In this document: piece by piece, positions 20,630 to 29,525 of the stretch
Layout: each line of letters opens with the position of its first letter
Position numbering within the stretch: position 1 is the stretch's first letter
Origin: Dehalococcoidia bacterium
Lineage (GTDB): Bacteria > Chloroflexota > Dehalococcoidia > UBA2979
Assembly (NCBI GenBank): GCA_965262725.1
Contig: OZ253555.1
Span: forward strand, 1,216,001-1,280,000
Length of the DNA stretch: 64,000 nucleotides
Direction: 5' to 3'
Notes under the pieces: generated by a model
Told to the model about the DNA's origin: nothing
Seen by the model: only the letters and a program-made list of their open reading frames with translations
Databases searched by the model: none
Position numbers and translations under genes: made by a program

Positions 20630-21976
20630 ATGGCCATCGTATTCGCGCTGCCCGAGCTCGGCGAGGGCATCGAGGAGGCGGACGTTCTCAGGGTGCTCGT
20701 CTCCCCCGGCGATACCGTCGAGGTCGAGCAGGGCGTCATCGAGGTCGAGACCGAGAAGGCGACCCTCGAGGTCCCCGCGCCTGCCGCCGGGCGCATCGGC
20801 GAGGTGCGCGTCTCGAGCGGCGAGACGATTCGCGTCGGACAGGTGATTGTGACGATCGAGGAGGCCGGGTCCGGTACCGCCGAGGCCGCTGCACCATGGG
20901 CGTCCGCACCGCAGCCCGAGCCCCCGCCTCTGGCTGAGCCGGAGCCGGTCGCAGTCGCGTCCGCGCCGGCTGCAGCTGCACCCCCGCCGGAGCTGGCGCC
21001 GACAGCGTCCCCGGCCGCCCCGGAGATGCCCCCGGCGACCCCCTCCGCCCCGCCGCCGGTGGCGGGCCAGCCCATCTTCGCCGCGCCTTCCGTCCGCACG
21101 TTCGCGCGCGAGATTGGCGTCGACATCCGCGAGGTCGCCGGGAGCGGGCCTGGCGGGCGCATCTCCCAGGAAGACGTCAAGCGGCATGCCAGGAGCCGAC
21201 CGCGTAGCGGCCTGGGCGGCGGGACGCCAGCGCCGGATGGCGGCGCCTCCGTCGATTTTGCACGGTGGGGCGAGGTGGAGCGGCTGCCGATGAGCCGCGT
21301 GCGCCGCACGACGGCGGATACGATCTCCCGCTCGTGGCGGAGCCCGCACGTCACCCTCTTCCAGAAGGCTGACGTCACCGAGCTGGAGGCGCTCCGCCGG
21401 AGTTATCGCGAGCGCGTCTCCCGGGCCGGTGGCGGCAATCTGACGATGGTGGCGATCCTGCTCGCGGTCTGCGCCTCGGCGCTGAAGCAGCACCCGCGCC
21501 TCAACGCGAGCGTCGACGCCGCGGCTCAGCAGATCGTCTACAAGAGGCACGTGCACATCGGCGTCGCCGTCGACACCGAGCGCGGACTGCTCGTGCCCGT
21601 GGTCCGCGACGCCGGCCAGAAGAACGTGACCCAGCTCTCCGCCGAGCTGGGTGACCTCGCGGTGAAGGCACGCGACGGGAAACTCGGCCTCGACGACATG
21701 CGCGGCGGGAGCTTCACCATCTCTAACCTCGGCGGACTCGGCACCGGCTTCTTCACGCCGATCCTCAACCCGCCCGAGGTCGGGATCCTCGGGGTGGGGC
21801 GCGCGGCGACGGAGGCCGTCTGGGATGAGAAGTCGGGCGCCTTTGCGCCCCGCCTGCTCCTGCCGCTCTCACTCTCCTTCGACCACCGCATCGTCGATGG
21901 AGCGGATGGCGCGCGTTTCCTCTCGTGGGTCGTCGAGGCCCTGGAGCAGCCCCTGCTCCTCGCGCTGGAGGGCTAG
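20630..21976 (+). CDS. aceF: dihydrolipoamide acetyltransferase E2 (one lipoyl domain)
   Basis: LPELGEGIEEA, ETEKATLEVP lipoyl motif, Pro/Ala linker, AAPSVRTFAREIGVD E3-binding domain, SFDHRIVDGADG. Confidence 0.93.
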   Translation: MAIVFALPELGEGIEEADVLRVLVSPGDTVEVEQGVIEVETEKATLEVPAPAAGRIGEVRVSSGETIRVGQVIVTIEEAGSGTAEAAAPWASAPQPEPPPLAEPEPVAVASAPAAAAPPPELAPTASPAAPEMPPATPSAPPPVAGQPIFAAPSVRTFAREIGVDIREVAGSGPGGRISQEDVKRHARSRPRSGLGGGTPAPDGGASVDFARWGEVERLPMSRVRRTTADTISRSWRSPHVTLFQKADVTELEALRRSYRERVSRAGGGNLTMVAILLAVCASALKQHPRLNASVDAAAQQIVYKRHVHIGVAVDTERGLLVPVVRDAGQKNVTQLSAELGDLAVKARDGKLGLDDMRGGSFTISNLGGLGTGFFTPILNPPEVGILGVGRAATEAVWDEKSGAFAPRLLLPLSLSFDHRIVDGADGARFLSWVVEALEQPLLLALEG

Positions 21977-21980
21977 CGGG

Positions 21981-23459
21981 ATGACGGTAACCGCGTCGAC
22001 TAGGAGTGGCGGCGCCGCGGCGCCGCGTGTCGTCGTCATCGGCGCGGGGCCGGGCGGCTACCCGGCCGCGTTTCACGCCGCGCACCTCGGCATGGACGTG
22101 ACACTGGTCGACCCGGAACCCAACCCCGGCGGGGTCTGCCTCTACCGGGGCTGCATCCCGTCGAAGGCGCTCCTCCACGTTGCCGGGCTGCTGCGCGAGA
22201 CGGAGGCCGCCGCCGACTGGGGGCTGCGCTTCGAACGCCCGGACATCGACCTCGACGCCGTGAGGGAGTGGAAGGGCCGGGTCGTCGGGAAGATGACCGG
22301 GGGCCTTGGCGTCCTGACAAAGCAGCGCGGGGTCCGCTACGTGCAGGGCCGGGCGCGGCTCGCCGGACCCAACATGGCCGTCGTCGAGCTCCCGGAGGGC
22401 GGTGACCAGACCCTCAACTTCGACTACGCGGTGCTGGCCACGGGGTCGCGTCCGGCAGTCATCCCCTCGCTGCTGCCGGGTTCCTCGCTGGTCATGGACT
22501 CGACCGATGCCCTCGAGTTGATCGACGTTCCGCCGACGCTCCTGATCGTGGGAGGCGGCTACATCGGTCTCGAGCTCGGAAGCGTCTACGCGGCGCTGGG
22601 CTCACGTGTCACGGTCGTTGAGATGACGCCCGGACTCCTCCCCGGGGCGGACCGCGACCTCGTTCAGCCGCTCCAGCGGAAGCTGGAGGGCCAGTTCGAG
22701 GAGATCCTGCTCGAGACGCGTGTTGAGTCGATGCGCGAGCAGGACGGCGGCATCGAAGTCGCGCTCGCCGCCGCGAACGTCGAACGTCCCGTCAGGCGTT
22801 TCGATCGCGCCCTCGTCTCCGTCGGCCGCCGACCGAACTCGGAGAGGCTCGGGCTCGAGAGCACGCGCGTGCGCCTCACGGAGCGCGGCTTCGTCGACGT
22901 GGACCAACAGCGTCGGACGGCAGAGCCGACGATCTTCGCGGTCGGCGATCTGGCCGGCGAGCCGATGCTCGCGCACAAGGCGACGCACGAGGGCCGTCTC
23001 GCGGCCGAGGCGATCGCCGGCCGTCCGGTCGCGTTCGATCCGTCGGCGATCCCGGCGGTCGTCTTCACCGATCCCGAGATCGCGTGGACGGGGCTGACCG
23101 AGGCCGAGGCGCGCGAGCGCGGGATCGACGTGGACGTGCTGCGCTTTCCGTGGGCGGCCTCTGGCCGCGCGACGACGCTCGGACGCACCAACGAGGGCAT
23201 GACGAAGCTCCTCGTCGACGCCCGCTCGGAGCGAGTGCTCGGTGTAGGCATCGTGGGAGCCGACGCCGGCGAACTCGTCGCCGAGGCGACGCTCGCGATC
23301 GAGATGGGCGCTCGCGTCGACGACCTGCGCGGGACGATTCACGCGCACCCGACCCTCTCGGAGACGCTGATGGAGGCGGCTGACCTCTTCACCAACGCGA
23401 GCCCCCACTACGTCGATCGCAGACGCGAGCGAGCGCTCCGCGGGCGCCTTGGTGGGTAG
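21981..23459 (+). CDS. lpdA: dihydrolipoyl dehydrogenase E3
   Basis: IGAGPGGY, GGVCLYRGCIPSK, GGGYIGLE, MLAHKA, HAHPTLSE. Confidence 0.96.
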   Translation: MTVTASTRSGGAAAPRVVVIGAGPGGYPAAFHAAHLGMDVTLVDPEPNPGGVCLYRGCIPSKALLHVAGLLRETEAAADWGLRFERPDIDLDAVREWKGRVVGKMTGGLGVLTKQRGVRYVQGRARLAGPNMAVVELPEGGDQTLNFDYAVLATGSRPAVIPSLLPGSSLVMDSTDALELIDVPPTLLIVGGGYIGLELGSVYAALGSRVTVVEMTPGLLPGADRDLVQPLQRKLEGQFEEILLETRVESMREQDGGIEVALAAANVERPVRRFDRALVSVGRRPNSERLGLESTRVRLTERGFVDVDQQRRTAEPTIFAVGDLAGEPMLAHKATHEGRLAAEAIAGRPVAFDPSAIPAVVFTDPEIAWTGLTEAEARERGIDVDVLRFPWAASGRATTLGRTNEGMTKLLVDARSERVLGVGIVGADAGELVAEATLAIEMGARVDDLRGTIHAHPTLSETLMEAADLFTNASPHYVDRRRERALRGRLGG

Positions 23460-23467
23460 GTGCCCGC

Positions 23468-24010
23468 CTAGGCGCCGGCCCGGCGCTCCCGCTCGTGCAC
23501 GGGTCGCTCGAGGCTGGCGCGCACGCAGACCTCGTCGATGAGCGCAGGCAGCCGCTCGATCCCGCTCTCGAGCGAGAGGTGCTCCCCCGTATGGGGGTGT
23601 AGCCGCCAGCGCACGTCGTCGTAGTCGGCGGCGCTCACCGACTCGATCTCCTCCCAGCGCAGCCGGCGCAGCTCGCGGCCGGCGTGCAGGGCGACGAGCA
23701 TCTCCCCAGTCAGTGCGACGGCCGTTGGCGTCCGGCGCCACGTGATCGCGACGACCGGCGCGGTCACGACCGTCATCGCGAGCATGAGGAGGCCGAAACC
23801 CGTCGCCTCGCCGATTCCGGCGAGCAGCCCCACGGCGAGCGAGGCGACAGCCGCGAGGAAGGGCAGGGCGAAGGAGGCGTTGTTCCACCAGTGCACGGGG
23901 TGCGGGTGCACGCCGACGACCCCGTCGAGGGCAGCGACCGCGCGCGCATCCGCCCCCCGGAGCCCGCGGGCCCCCTCCGTGGTGCCCCGTGGGCCGCCGG
24001 CTACGCCCAT
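23468..24010 (-). CDS. hypothetical membrane protein (two TM helices plus a PH-like C-terminal region)
   Basis: Two hydrophobic stretches followed by RRLRWEEIESV; overlaps the stop of the upstream AhpD-like gene. Confidence 0.65.
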   Translation of the reverse strand: MGVAGGPRGTTEGARGLRGADARAVAALDGVVGVHPHPVHWWNNASFALPFLAAVASLAVGLLAGIGEATGFGLLMLAMTVVTAPVVAITWRRTPTAVALTGEMLVALHAGRELRRLRWEEIESVSAADYDDVRWRLHPHTGEHLSLESGIERLPALIDEVCVRASLERPVHERERRAGA

Positions 24011-24621
24011 GTCGAGGTGTCGACGACGTGGCGGTCGCGCTCCTCGATGCGCGCCGCGAAACTCTCCATCTCCACTCCGAGGCCGAGCGACATGCGGTTC
24101 ATGTAGTTGAAGAGCGCTGTCTCGTGGACGATGTCGACGATCTCCTCGTCGGTCCAGCCCGCATCGCGAAGCACGTCAATATGGCTCTCGCGTACGGCGT
24201 CCGGCCGCCGGGTCAGCAGGTCGGCGAACTCCAGCGCTGCCATCATCCTGGGCGGGAGATCCGCCCGCCGGAAGTTGGACTTCAGCTGCTGTGTCAGTTC
24301 GACGGCGCCCCCGGCGCCGCGCGCCCCCTCGGCGTGCCCGACCGCTCAGTAGCGGCAGCGGTTGGCCACCGAGACGACCGTGTCGATCATGTCGTGTTCC
24401 GCCTTGGAGAGGCCGGAGTCCTCGTTGCGGAAGCTGACCGTGTGAGCGAGCCGCCACAGCGCCTCCATCTGGCGCGGCCGGATCGACATCGCCACGAAGT
24501 TCTTGCGGATGCGCCTGCGGATCTCGGCGGGCTCCGACTCGCCCGTCATTTCCTGGTAGGCGCTCAGGATCTCGCCCTCCGCATCCTGCGGCCCGACCGT
24601 GCGGACCCACGCGATTCCCAT
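24001..24621 (-). CDS. AhpD-like/carboxymuconolactone decarboxylase family peroxidase-related protein, predicted selenoprotein (CRYU)
   Basis: Track ORFs 24346-24795 and 24001-24246 are in the same frame, joined by one TGA (24346-24348): ...VVSVANRCRY-U-AVGHAEG...ALEFADLLT...DAGWTDEEIVDIV...FNYMNR; GGAGG RBS before ATG 24621. Confidence 0.88.
24312..24345 (-). promoter_or_regulatory. putative bacterial SECIS element
   Basis: After the UGA: GC-A-CGCC/GGCG-C-GC imperfect stem with apical loop GAGGG beginning at nt 16; the high GC content weakens this evidence. Confidence 0.4.
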
Positions 24622-24671
24622 GCTGACCTCCCGTGCCTGGATGACTTCTGTTCCACCCCGGCGATCCCTGA

Positions 24672-25523
24672 TCACCCGAGGAAGTCGCGAACGACCTCCG
24701 CGAGTTCGCGCGGCTTCGTGAACACGACGGGGTGGCCCGCGCCCTCGAATGACTCGTAGCGCGCTCGCGGGTTGAGCGCCTGGAGCTCCTCCCACAGCGG
24801 GCCGTCGAGCGAGGCGCCGGCCCCGAGCCTCCGCGCGACCAGCGTGGGGACCGTCAGCGAGGAGAAGTCGGCGCGAAGGTCCGACTCCGGCAGGCCGCAG
24901 AACGTCGCCATGCAGGACATCGAGTCCGGATCGTTGCGGAAGCGGAGCGTCGAGCCTTCGGCGGGCATCGTGGCCGCCTCCGCCCAGCGGCGCGCCTTCT
25001 CGTCCGTGATCTGCCAGTTGAAGTGGCGCCTGCGGAGCTTCTGCGCCCAGGCCACGGCCTCGTCGAGGTCGGTGAAGCGCAGCGCGCGCTGGCGCTCGGC
25101 ACTCTTCTCAAGAGCGTCCTTGCTCCCGGATGAGGGGAACTCGGGCGGCTGGTCATCCATGATCAGCGCCGAGACGCGTTCCGGCTGCCGGGCGGCGATC
25201 CGGAGCGCCGTCGCCGCTCCGAACGAGCTTCCCATTACGACGACGGGGGCGCTGCCGATCTCGTCGAGCGTTGCGATCGCATCGTCGAAGTAGCGCTCGG
25301 GCGTATAGCCGTCGGGCGGGCCCCACTCGGTGCAGCCGTGACCGCGGGCGTCGACGGCGACGAAGCGGTAGCGGTCGGCGATGAGCTCCGCGAACTCGTC
25401 GGTTTCCTCGGAGAGCCCGCTGTAGATGTGGAAATAGGCGATCGTGCGCGCGTCCCCGGATCCCGACTCCCGGAGGCGTGTGCGGATCCCGTCGATGGTG
25501 ACGTAGCGATCGGTCGGTGTCAT
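24672..25523 (-). CDS. alpha/beta fold hydrolase
   Basis: VDARGHG, canonical GSSFG elbow, GAGHPV His. Confidence 0.85.
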   Translation of the reverse strand: MTPTDRYVTIDGIRTRLRESGSGDARTIAYFHIYSGLSEETDEFAELIADRYRFVAVDARGHGCTEWGPPDGYTPERYFDDAIATLDEIGSAPVVVMGSSFGAATALRIAARQPERVSALIMDDQPPEFPSSGSKDALEKSAERQRALRFTDLDEAVAWAQKLRRRHFNWQITDEKARRWAEAATMPAEGSTLRFRNDPDSMSCMATFCGLPESDLRADFSSLTVPTLVARRLGAGASLDGPLWEELQALNPRARYESFEGAGHPVVFTKPRELAEVVRDFLG

Positions 25524-25604
25524 TGGCTTCCCCCTCGTCGCGGCGTGGACCCGCCCGGTCCCCCGGCGGGGCCATCGTAGCGCGGGCACTCGCTGCGGGC
25601 GGCC

Positions 25605-27005
25605 CTAGGGCGCCGGGAGCCGCTGGTGCCACGCGGTCGCCTGTTCGTAGGCGTGGGCGACGCGGCAGAGCATGACCTCGTCGAAATGGCGGGCGCCGAT
25701 CATCAGGCCAATGGGCAGGCCGCCATCGTCGACTCCGCACGGCACGCTGATCGCGGGGATGCCGGTCACGTCGTACGCCGCGGTGAGGCGCACGAGCCTG
25801 GCTTTGGGATCACCCTCGGCGATTGTGGGCGCGGTGCGCTCGGTCGTCGGGGAGACAAGCACGTCGACCGCGGAGAGCGCGGCGCTCGTCTCCTCGATCA
25901 AGAGCCGGCGCATCCGCTGCGCGTTGATGTACGTCGTGGCCGACACGCGGCTCACGAGCTCCAGGGACGCTCGAACATCATCGCCGTAGCCCTCGGGCCG
26001 ATCGCGCAGCCAGCGCGCGTGGTAGGCGCCGGCCTCGGCGAGCAGCGCGCGGTGAAGGCGCCCGCGCTCCATCCTCCGCATCTCGGCGAGCAGCGGCAGC
26101 TCCACCTCCCGTACCTCGGCCCCGAGCGCGCGCAGCGTCTCCACCGCCTCCTCGCAGGCCGCCCGCACCGGCTCGTCCACGTCAAGCCAGAGCGGATTGC
26201 GCGGCAGCCCGACGACGACGCCCTCGATGCGGCGCCCGAGCTCGGCCGCGGCGTCCGGCACCGGCTCCTGCGCGGAGCCGGCGTCGTCGGGGTCGTATCC
26301 GGCGATGGCGTTCAGCACGAGCGCTGCATCCTCGACGCTCCGCGCGAGCGGGCCCACGTGGTCGAGCGACCACGCCAGTGGGAGCACGCCCCGGCGGCTG
26401 ACGCGTCCGTAGGTGGCCATCAGGCCTACGACGCCGCAGAGAGCGGCCGGGATACGGATCGACCCGCCCGTGTCGGAGCCGATCGCCGCCGTCGCCGAGC
26501 CGACCGCGACCGCAACGGCGCTCCCGCCGGAGGAGCCGCCCGGGCTGCGCTCCGTGTCCCACGGGTTGCGCACGGGTCCGAAGTGCGGGTTGGCGCTGGT
26601 GGTGCCGAAGGCGAACTCGTGGAGGTTCAGCTTCCCCGGCAGCACTGCCCCCGCCTCCGAGAGCCGGGTGACGATCGTCGCGTCGGCCGTCGGGATGCGC
26701 TCGCGGAGGAAGCCGGAGCCGCCTGTGGTGGGGATGCCGGCCGTGTCGACGAGATCCTTGAGCGCTACCGGGATGCCGTGCAGCGGCCCCCGATCACGCC
26801 CCGCCGCCAGTTCGGCGTCCGCCTCAGCCGCCTGCTTCCGCGCGTGATCGGCGGTGACCCTGATATAGGCGTTGAGCCGGGGCTCGGTTTCCTCGATCCG
26901 GGCGAGGGTTGCCTCCACGAGGGCGCTCGCCGAGAGGCGTCCGGCCCTCAGCTCGGCGCCGGCGTCGCGGATCGAGAGCAGCGTGGGCGGGGTGCTCCCG
27001 CTCAC
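25605..27005 (-). CDS. amidase signature family enzyme (GatA/AtzE-like)
   Basis: GPLHGIPVALKD, GKLNLHEFAFG, SPGGSSGGSA, GSDTGGSIRIPAALCG (Ser-cisSer-Lys); GTG start overlaps the stop of the upstream small ORF. Confidence 0.92.
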   Translation of the reverse strand: MSGSTPPTLLSIRDAGAELRAGRLSASALVEATLARIEETEPRLNAYIRVTADHARKQAAEADAELAAGRDRGPLHGIPVALKDLVDTAGIPTTGGSGFLRERIPTADATIVTRLSEAGAVLPGKLNLHEFAFGTTSANPHFGPVRNPWDTERSPGGSSGGSAVAVAVGSATAAIGSDTGGSIRIPAALCGVVGLMATYGRVSRRGVLPLAWSLDHVGPLARSVEDAALVLNAIAGYDPDDAGSAQEPVPDAAAELGRRIEGVVVGLPRNPLWLDVDEPVRAACEEAVETLRALGAEVREVELPLLAEMRRMERGRLHRALLAEAGAYHARWLRDRPEGYGDDVRASLELVSRVSATTYINAQRMRRLLIEETSAALSAVDVLVSPTTERTAPTIAEGDPKARLVRLTAAYDVTGIPAISVPCGVDDGGLPIGLMIGARHFDEVMLCRVAHAYEQATAWHQRLPAP

Positions 27006-27217
27006 CGCGCGCTCGGCGAGTCGCCCGCAATAAGGAGGTCGATCCTCAGGGCGGATGCCGGCTCGGTCTCTCCGAAGTCGTAGCGGTCGAGAAGCGACTC
27101 CCCGAGCCGTCGCCCCTCGACCGCGGTGAGTGGCCGCTCGTCCGGGTATGCGTCCTCGTCCGGGCGCGCTGGCCCGCGCGTGGACTCCGGCTCGGGGCCG
27201 CCCGGGCGTTCGCTCAT
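27002..27217 (-). CDS. small protein upstream of the amidase (putative GatC/AtzG-like partner)
   Basis: 71-aa ORF with GAGGGAG RBS, GTGA overlap with the amidase start, C-terminal YDFGETEPASALR. Confidence 0.55.
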   Translation of the reverse strand: MSERPGGPEPESTRGPARPDEDAYPDERPLTAVEGRRLGESLLDRYDFGETEPASALRIDLLIAGDSPSAR

Positions 27218-27241
27218 CACGTCTCCCTCGAGCGCGGGCAT

Positions 27242-27268
27242 GAGGATAGCAGAGACACTGGTATCCTC
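27242..27268. promoter_or_regulatory. imperfect palindrome (operator or back-to-back -10 boxes) between divergent genes
   Basis: GAGGATAGCAG-agaca-CTGGTATCCTC, 10 of 11 positions paired; gives TATCCT on both strands. Confidence 0.45.
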
Positions 27269-27322
27269 CCCGGGACCGGGCCGGGACGGCCGTCCCGGGG
27301 GCCACAGAGGTTGCGAGGGGCG

Positions 27323-28009
27323 ATGGAGCGCATCGTGCTGTCGCTGAACGTCGGGCGTTCGCGCCCGCTGCACCATGCGAGCGGTGAAGTGCAGAGCGCC
27401 ATCCGCAAGGAGCCCGTCCCGGGGGCGCTGGCGCTCGGCCCGCTCGGCCTCGACGGCGACGAGCAGGCCGACCGGCGCTCGCACGGCGGCGTCGACAGGG
27501 CGCTCTGCGTCTACCCGCGCGAGCACGCCTTCTGGTGGGCGAACGAGCTCGGGATCGAACTCGCCCCCGGGGGGGCCGGTGAGAATCTTTCGACGGTTGG
27601 CCTCCGTGAGGCCGAGGTCGTGATCGGGGACGTGTACCGCATCGGCGCCCTTTCGGGAGCGACGCCTGGACCGCTCATTCAGGTCAGCCAGCCCCGGCAG
27701 CCCTGCTACAAGCTCGCGGCCGCTCACGGTAGCCCGAAGATCGCGCTCGCCGTCCAGGAGGCGGGCGTGACCGGCTTCTACGTGCGCTGCATCGAACCGG
27801 GGCTCCTTCGCGCGGGAGCGCCGATCACGCTCGTCGAGCGTCCCGCGCACGGTGTGACCATCGCCGAGTCGAATCGCGTCATGCACCGCGATCGGGACGA
27901 CGCCGACGGGCTGCGCCGCCTCATCGCCGTGCCCGAACTCGCGGACGGCTGGCGCACCACCTTCGAGCGCCGACTCGGGGGCGGGCTCGAGACATCGCTC
28001 CCCGCGTGA
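27323..28009 (+). CDS. MOSC domain protein (YiiM-like)
   Basis: SAIRKEPV, GLDGDEQADRRSHGG, GENLST, QVSQPRQPCYKL, TGFYVRCIEPG, 3-alpha tail. Confidence 0.9.
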   Translation: MERIVLSLNVGRSRPLHHASGEVQSAIRKEPVPGALALGPLGLDGDEQADRRSHGGVDRALCVYPREHAFWWANELGIELAPGGAGENLSTVGLREAEVVIGDVYRIGALSGATPGPLIQVSQPRQPCYKLAAAHGSPKIALAVQEAGVTGFYVRCIEPGLLRAGAPITLVERPAHGVTIAESNRVMHRDRDDADGLRRLIAVPELADGWRTTFERRLGGGLETSLPA

Positions 28010-28025
28010 GCCCCCCGGAGTAGCG

Positions 28026-29327
28026 TCAGCCGGGAATGTACGCCGTCAGATCCGAGGCGAGCGTGAGCCCCGGAATGATGTGCGGGCCGGTGACGCCGAC
28101 CACGGTCACCGCCGGCGGGTCGGCGGCGAAGGCGTCCCGCCACGGGCCGAGAGCCGGCGCGATCTCACGCAGATCGGTCCCGAAGAGCTGCACGCGAACC
28201 ATGTCCGCGAGTGAGCCCCCCGCCGCCTCGCAGATCGCTGCCGCATCCTCGAGCATCGCCTGAAGCTCCTCGCGACCCGGGGAGACGACGAACGGCGACG
28301 CCGGGTGTGGTCTGGCCCGGGGTGTGATGCCGTCGTCGCCGGCGGCGTGGCGGCCCGAGAGAAAGAGGTACGGTCCGACCTTGAGCCCCTGCGGGGCGTG
28401 GAAGTGCGGGCGAGGCGCCCGCTCGGTCTCGATCACCCGCACCGGAATCTCGCTGTCGTCGCGGAGCGCGATGCAGTTGATCTCGACGCGTGAGCCCGTC
28501 ATCCCCATCTGGTCGATGGGTACTATCGTCGTCGCCGGCGGATTGTCGCCGAAGGTCCGCTCCCACACGTTCCGCAGTCCCGGCAGGTCGCGGCTGTCGG
28601 TCAGGTAGACGTTCGCCTTCACGATCCGCGTGACACTCGAGCCCGCCGCCCGGAGGTAGAGATCGAGCTTGTGCAGGTCGTAGGCGGCCTGCTTCTCGAT
28701 CTCGGACCCGTACCAGTAGTTGGGGTCGACCTGGACCTCGTCGGGTTGGGTGTGACCCAACGCGCCGGGGTAAGCGGAGCGCGTGACGAAGTCTGTGGGC
28801 GAGGACCCCGAGCACCAGAGCCAGTCGCCGTAGCGGATCGCGAGCGAGTACCCCGCCCGCGGCCGCGGCGCGTCCGGCGCGTCGATCGCCTCCTTGACAC
28901 GCCCCTCGGTCGGTACGACCGCGATGCCGTCGACCTGCATCGTCGCGCCCGGCACGAGCAGATCCTTGATCGCGAGCGCCGTCGATCCGGGCCGGTCGTG
29001 GGTGAGGTACCGGTCACGGACTGGCAGGTAGTGGCGGAACTGGTCGTGGTACGGCGTGAACTGGTCGATGCGGACCATGTTGTCGAGCGTCGTGCCTCCC
29101 GCCTCGAACAGCGCCTTCACCCGGCGGTAGATACCGTGCGTCTGGCGGTCCATGTCGTAGCGGTCGTAGGGGAAGTCGCGGGGCGGCCGCGAGTCGCCCT
29201 CGATGCCCGTCTCCCAGTCCGTTGCCATCGTGCCGCCGAGGAAGAGCCAGTCGCCTGCGAGGATCGCGGGCGCGGCCGGGAAGGGCGCTGCGGGTACGCT
29301 CGATACGCTCAGTGTCTGACGACTCAT
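28026..29327 (-). CDS. RidA/YjgF/UK114 family protein with three tandem domains
   Basis: Three repeats of G(D/P)xL(F/W)x(S/G)G...Q...AxGx(T/S)L..(M/I)V(R/K)...P..T...: GDWLFLGG/RPGST, GDWLWCSG/PPATT, GPYLFLSG/PPAVT. Confidence 0.85.
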   Translation of the reverse strand: MSRQTLSVSSVPAAPFPAAPAILAGDWLFLGGTMATDWETGIEGDSRPPRDFPYDRYDMDRQTHGIYRRVKALFEAGGTTLDNMVRIDQFTPYHDQFRHYLPVRDRYLTHDRPGSTALAIKDLLVPGATMQVDGIAVVPTEGRVKEAIDAPDAPRPRAGYSLAIRYGDWLWCSGSSPTDFVTRSAYPGALGHTQPDEVQVDPNYWYGSEIEKQAAYDLHKLDLYLRAAGSSVTRIVKANVYLTDSRDLPGLRNVWERTFGDNPPATTIVPIDQMGMTGSRVEINCIALRDDSEIPVRVIETERAPRPHFHAPQGLKVGPYLFLSGRHAAGDDGITPRARPHPASPFVVSPGREELQAMLEDAAAICEAAGGSLADMVRVQLFGTDLREIAPALGPWRDAFAADPPAVTVVGVTGPHIIPGLTLASDLTAYIPG

Positions 29328-29525
29328 ATCGCCCCCTTCGTCGGAAGAGCCCTCTTGGTCCGCCCCTCGTCGAGCGGTAGTCACAGGGCTCCCTGCACAC
29401 CGGTGCTCTCTCCGGGCAGAGCGCTCCCCATCACCCGGTCGGGCACGGCTCGCCGCCGGGCCCGCGCCGCCGGTCTCGATGCTTCTCCGTCCGGTCCGTC
29501 GGGCGTGGAGCCCGGCACGAGCCCC

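Noticed and set aside
25605-27005. gatA of the GatCAB amidotransferase
   Set aside because: No gatB adjacent, and motifs (LNLHEFAFG) and catabolic context fit a stand-alone amidase.
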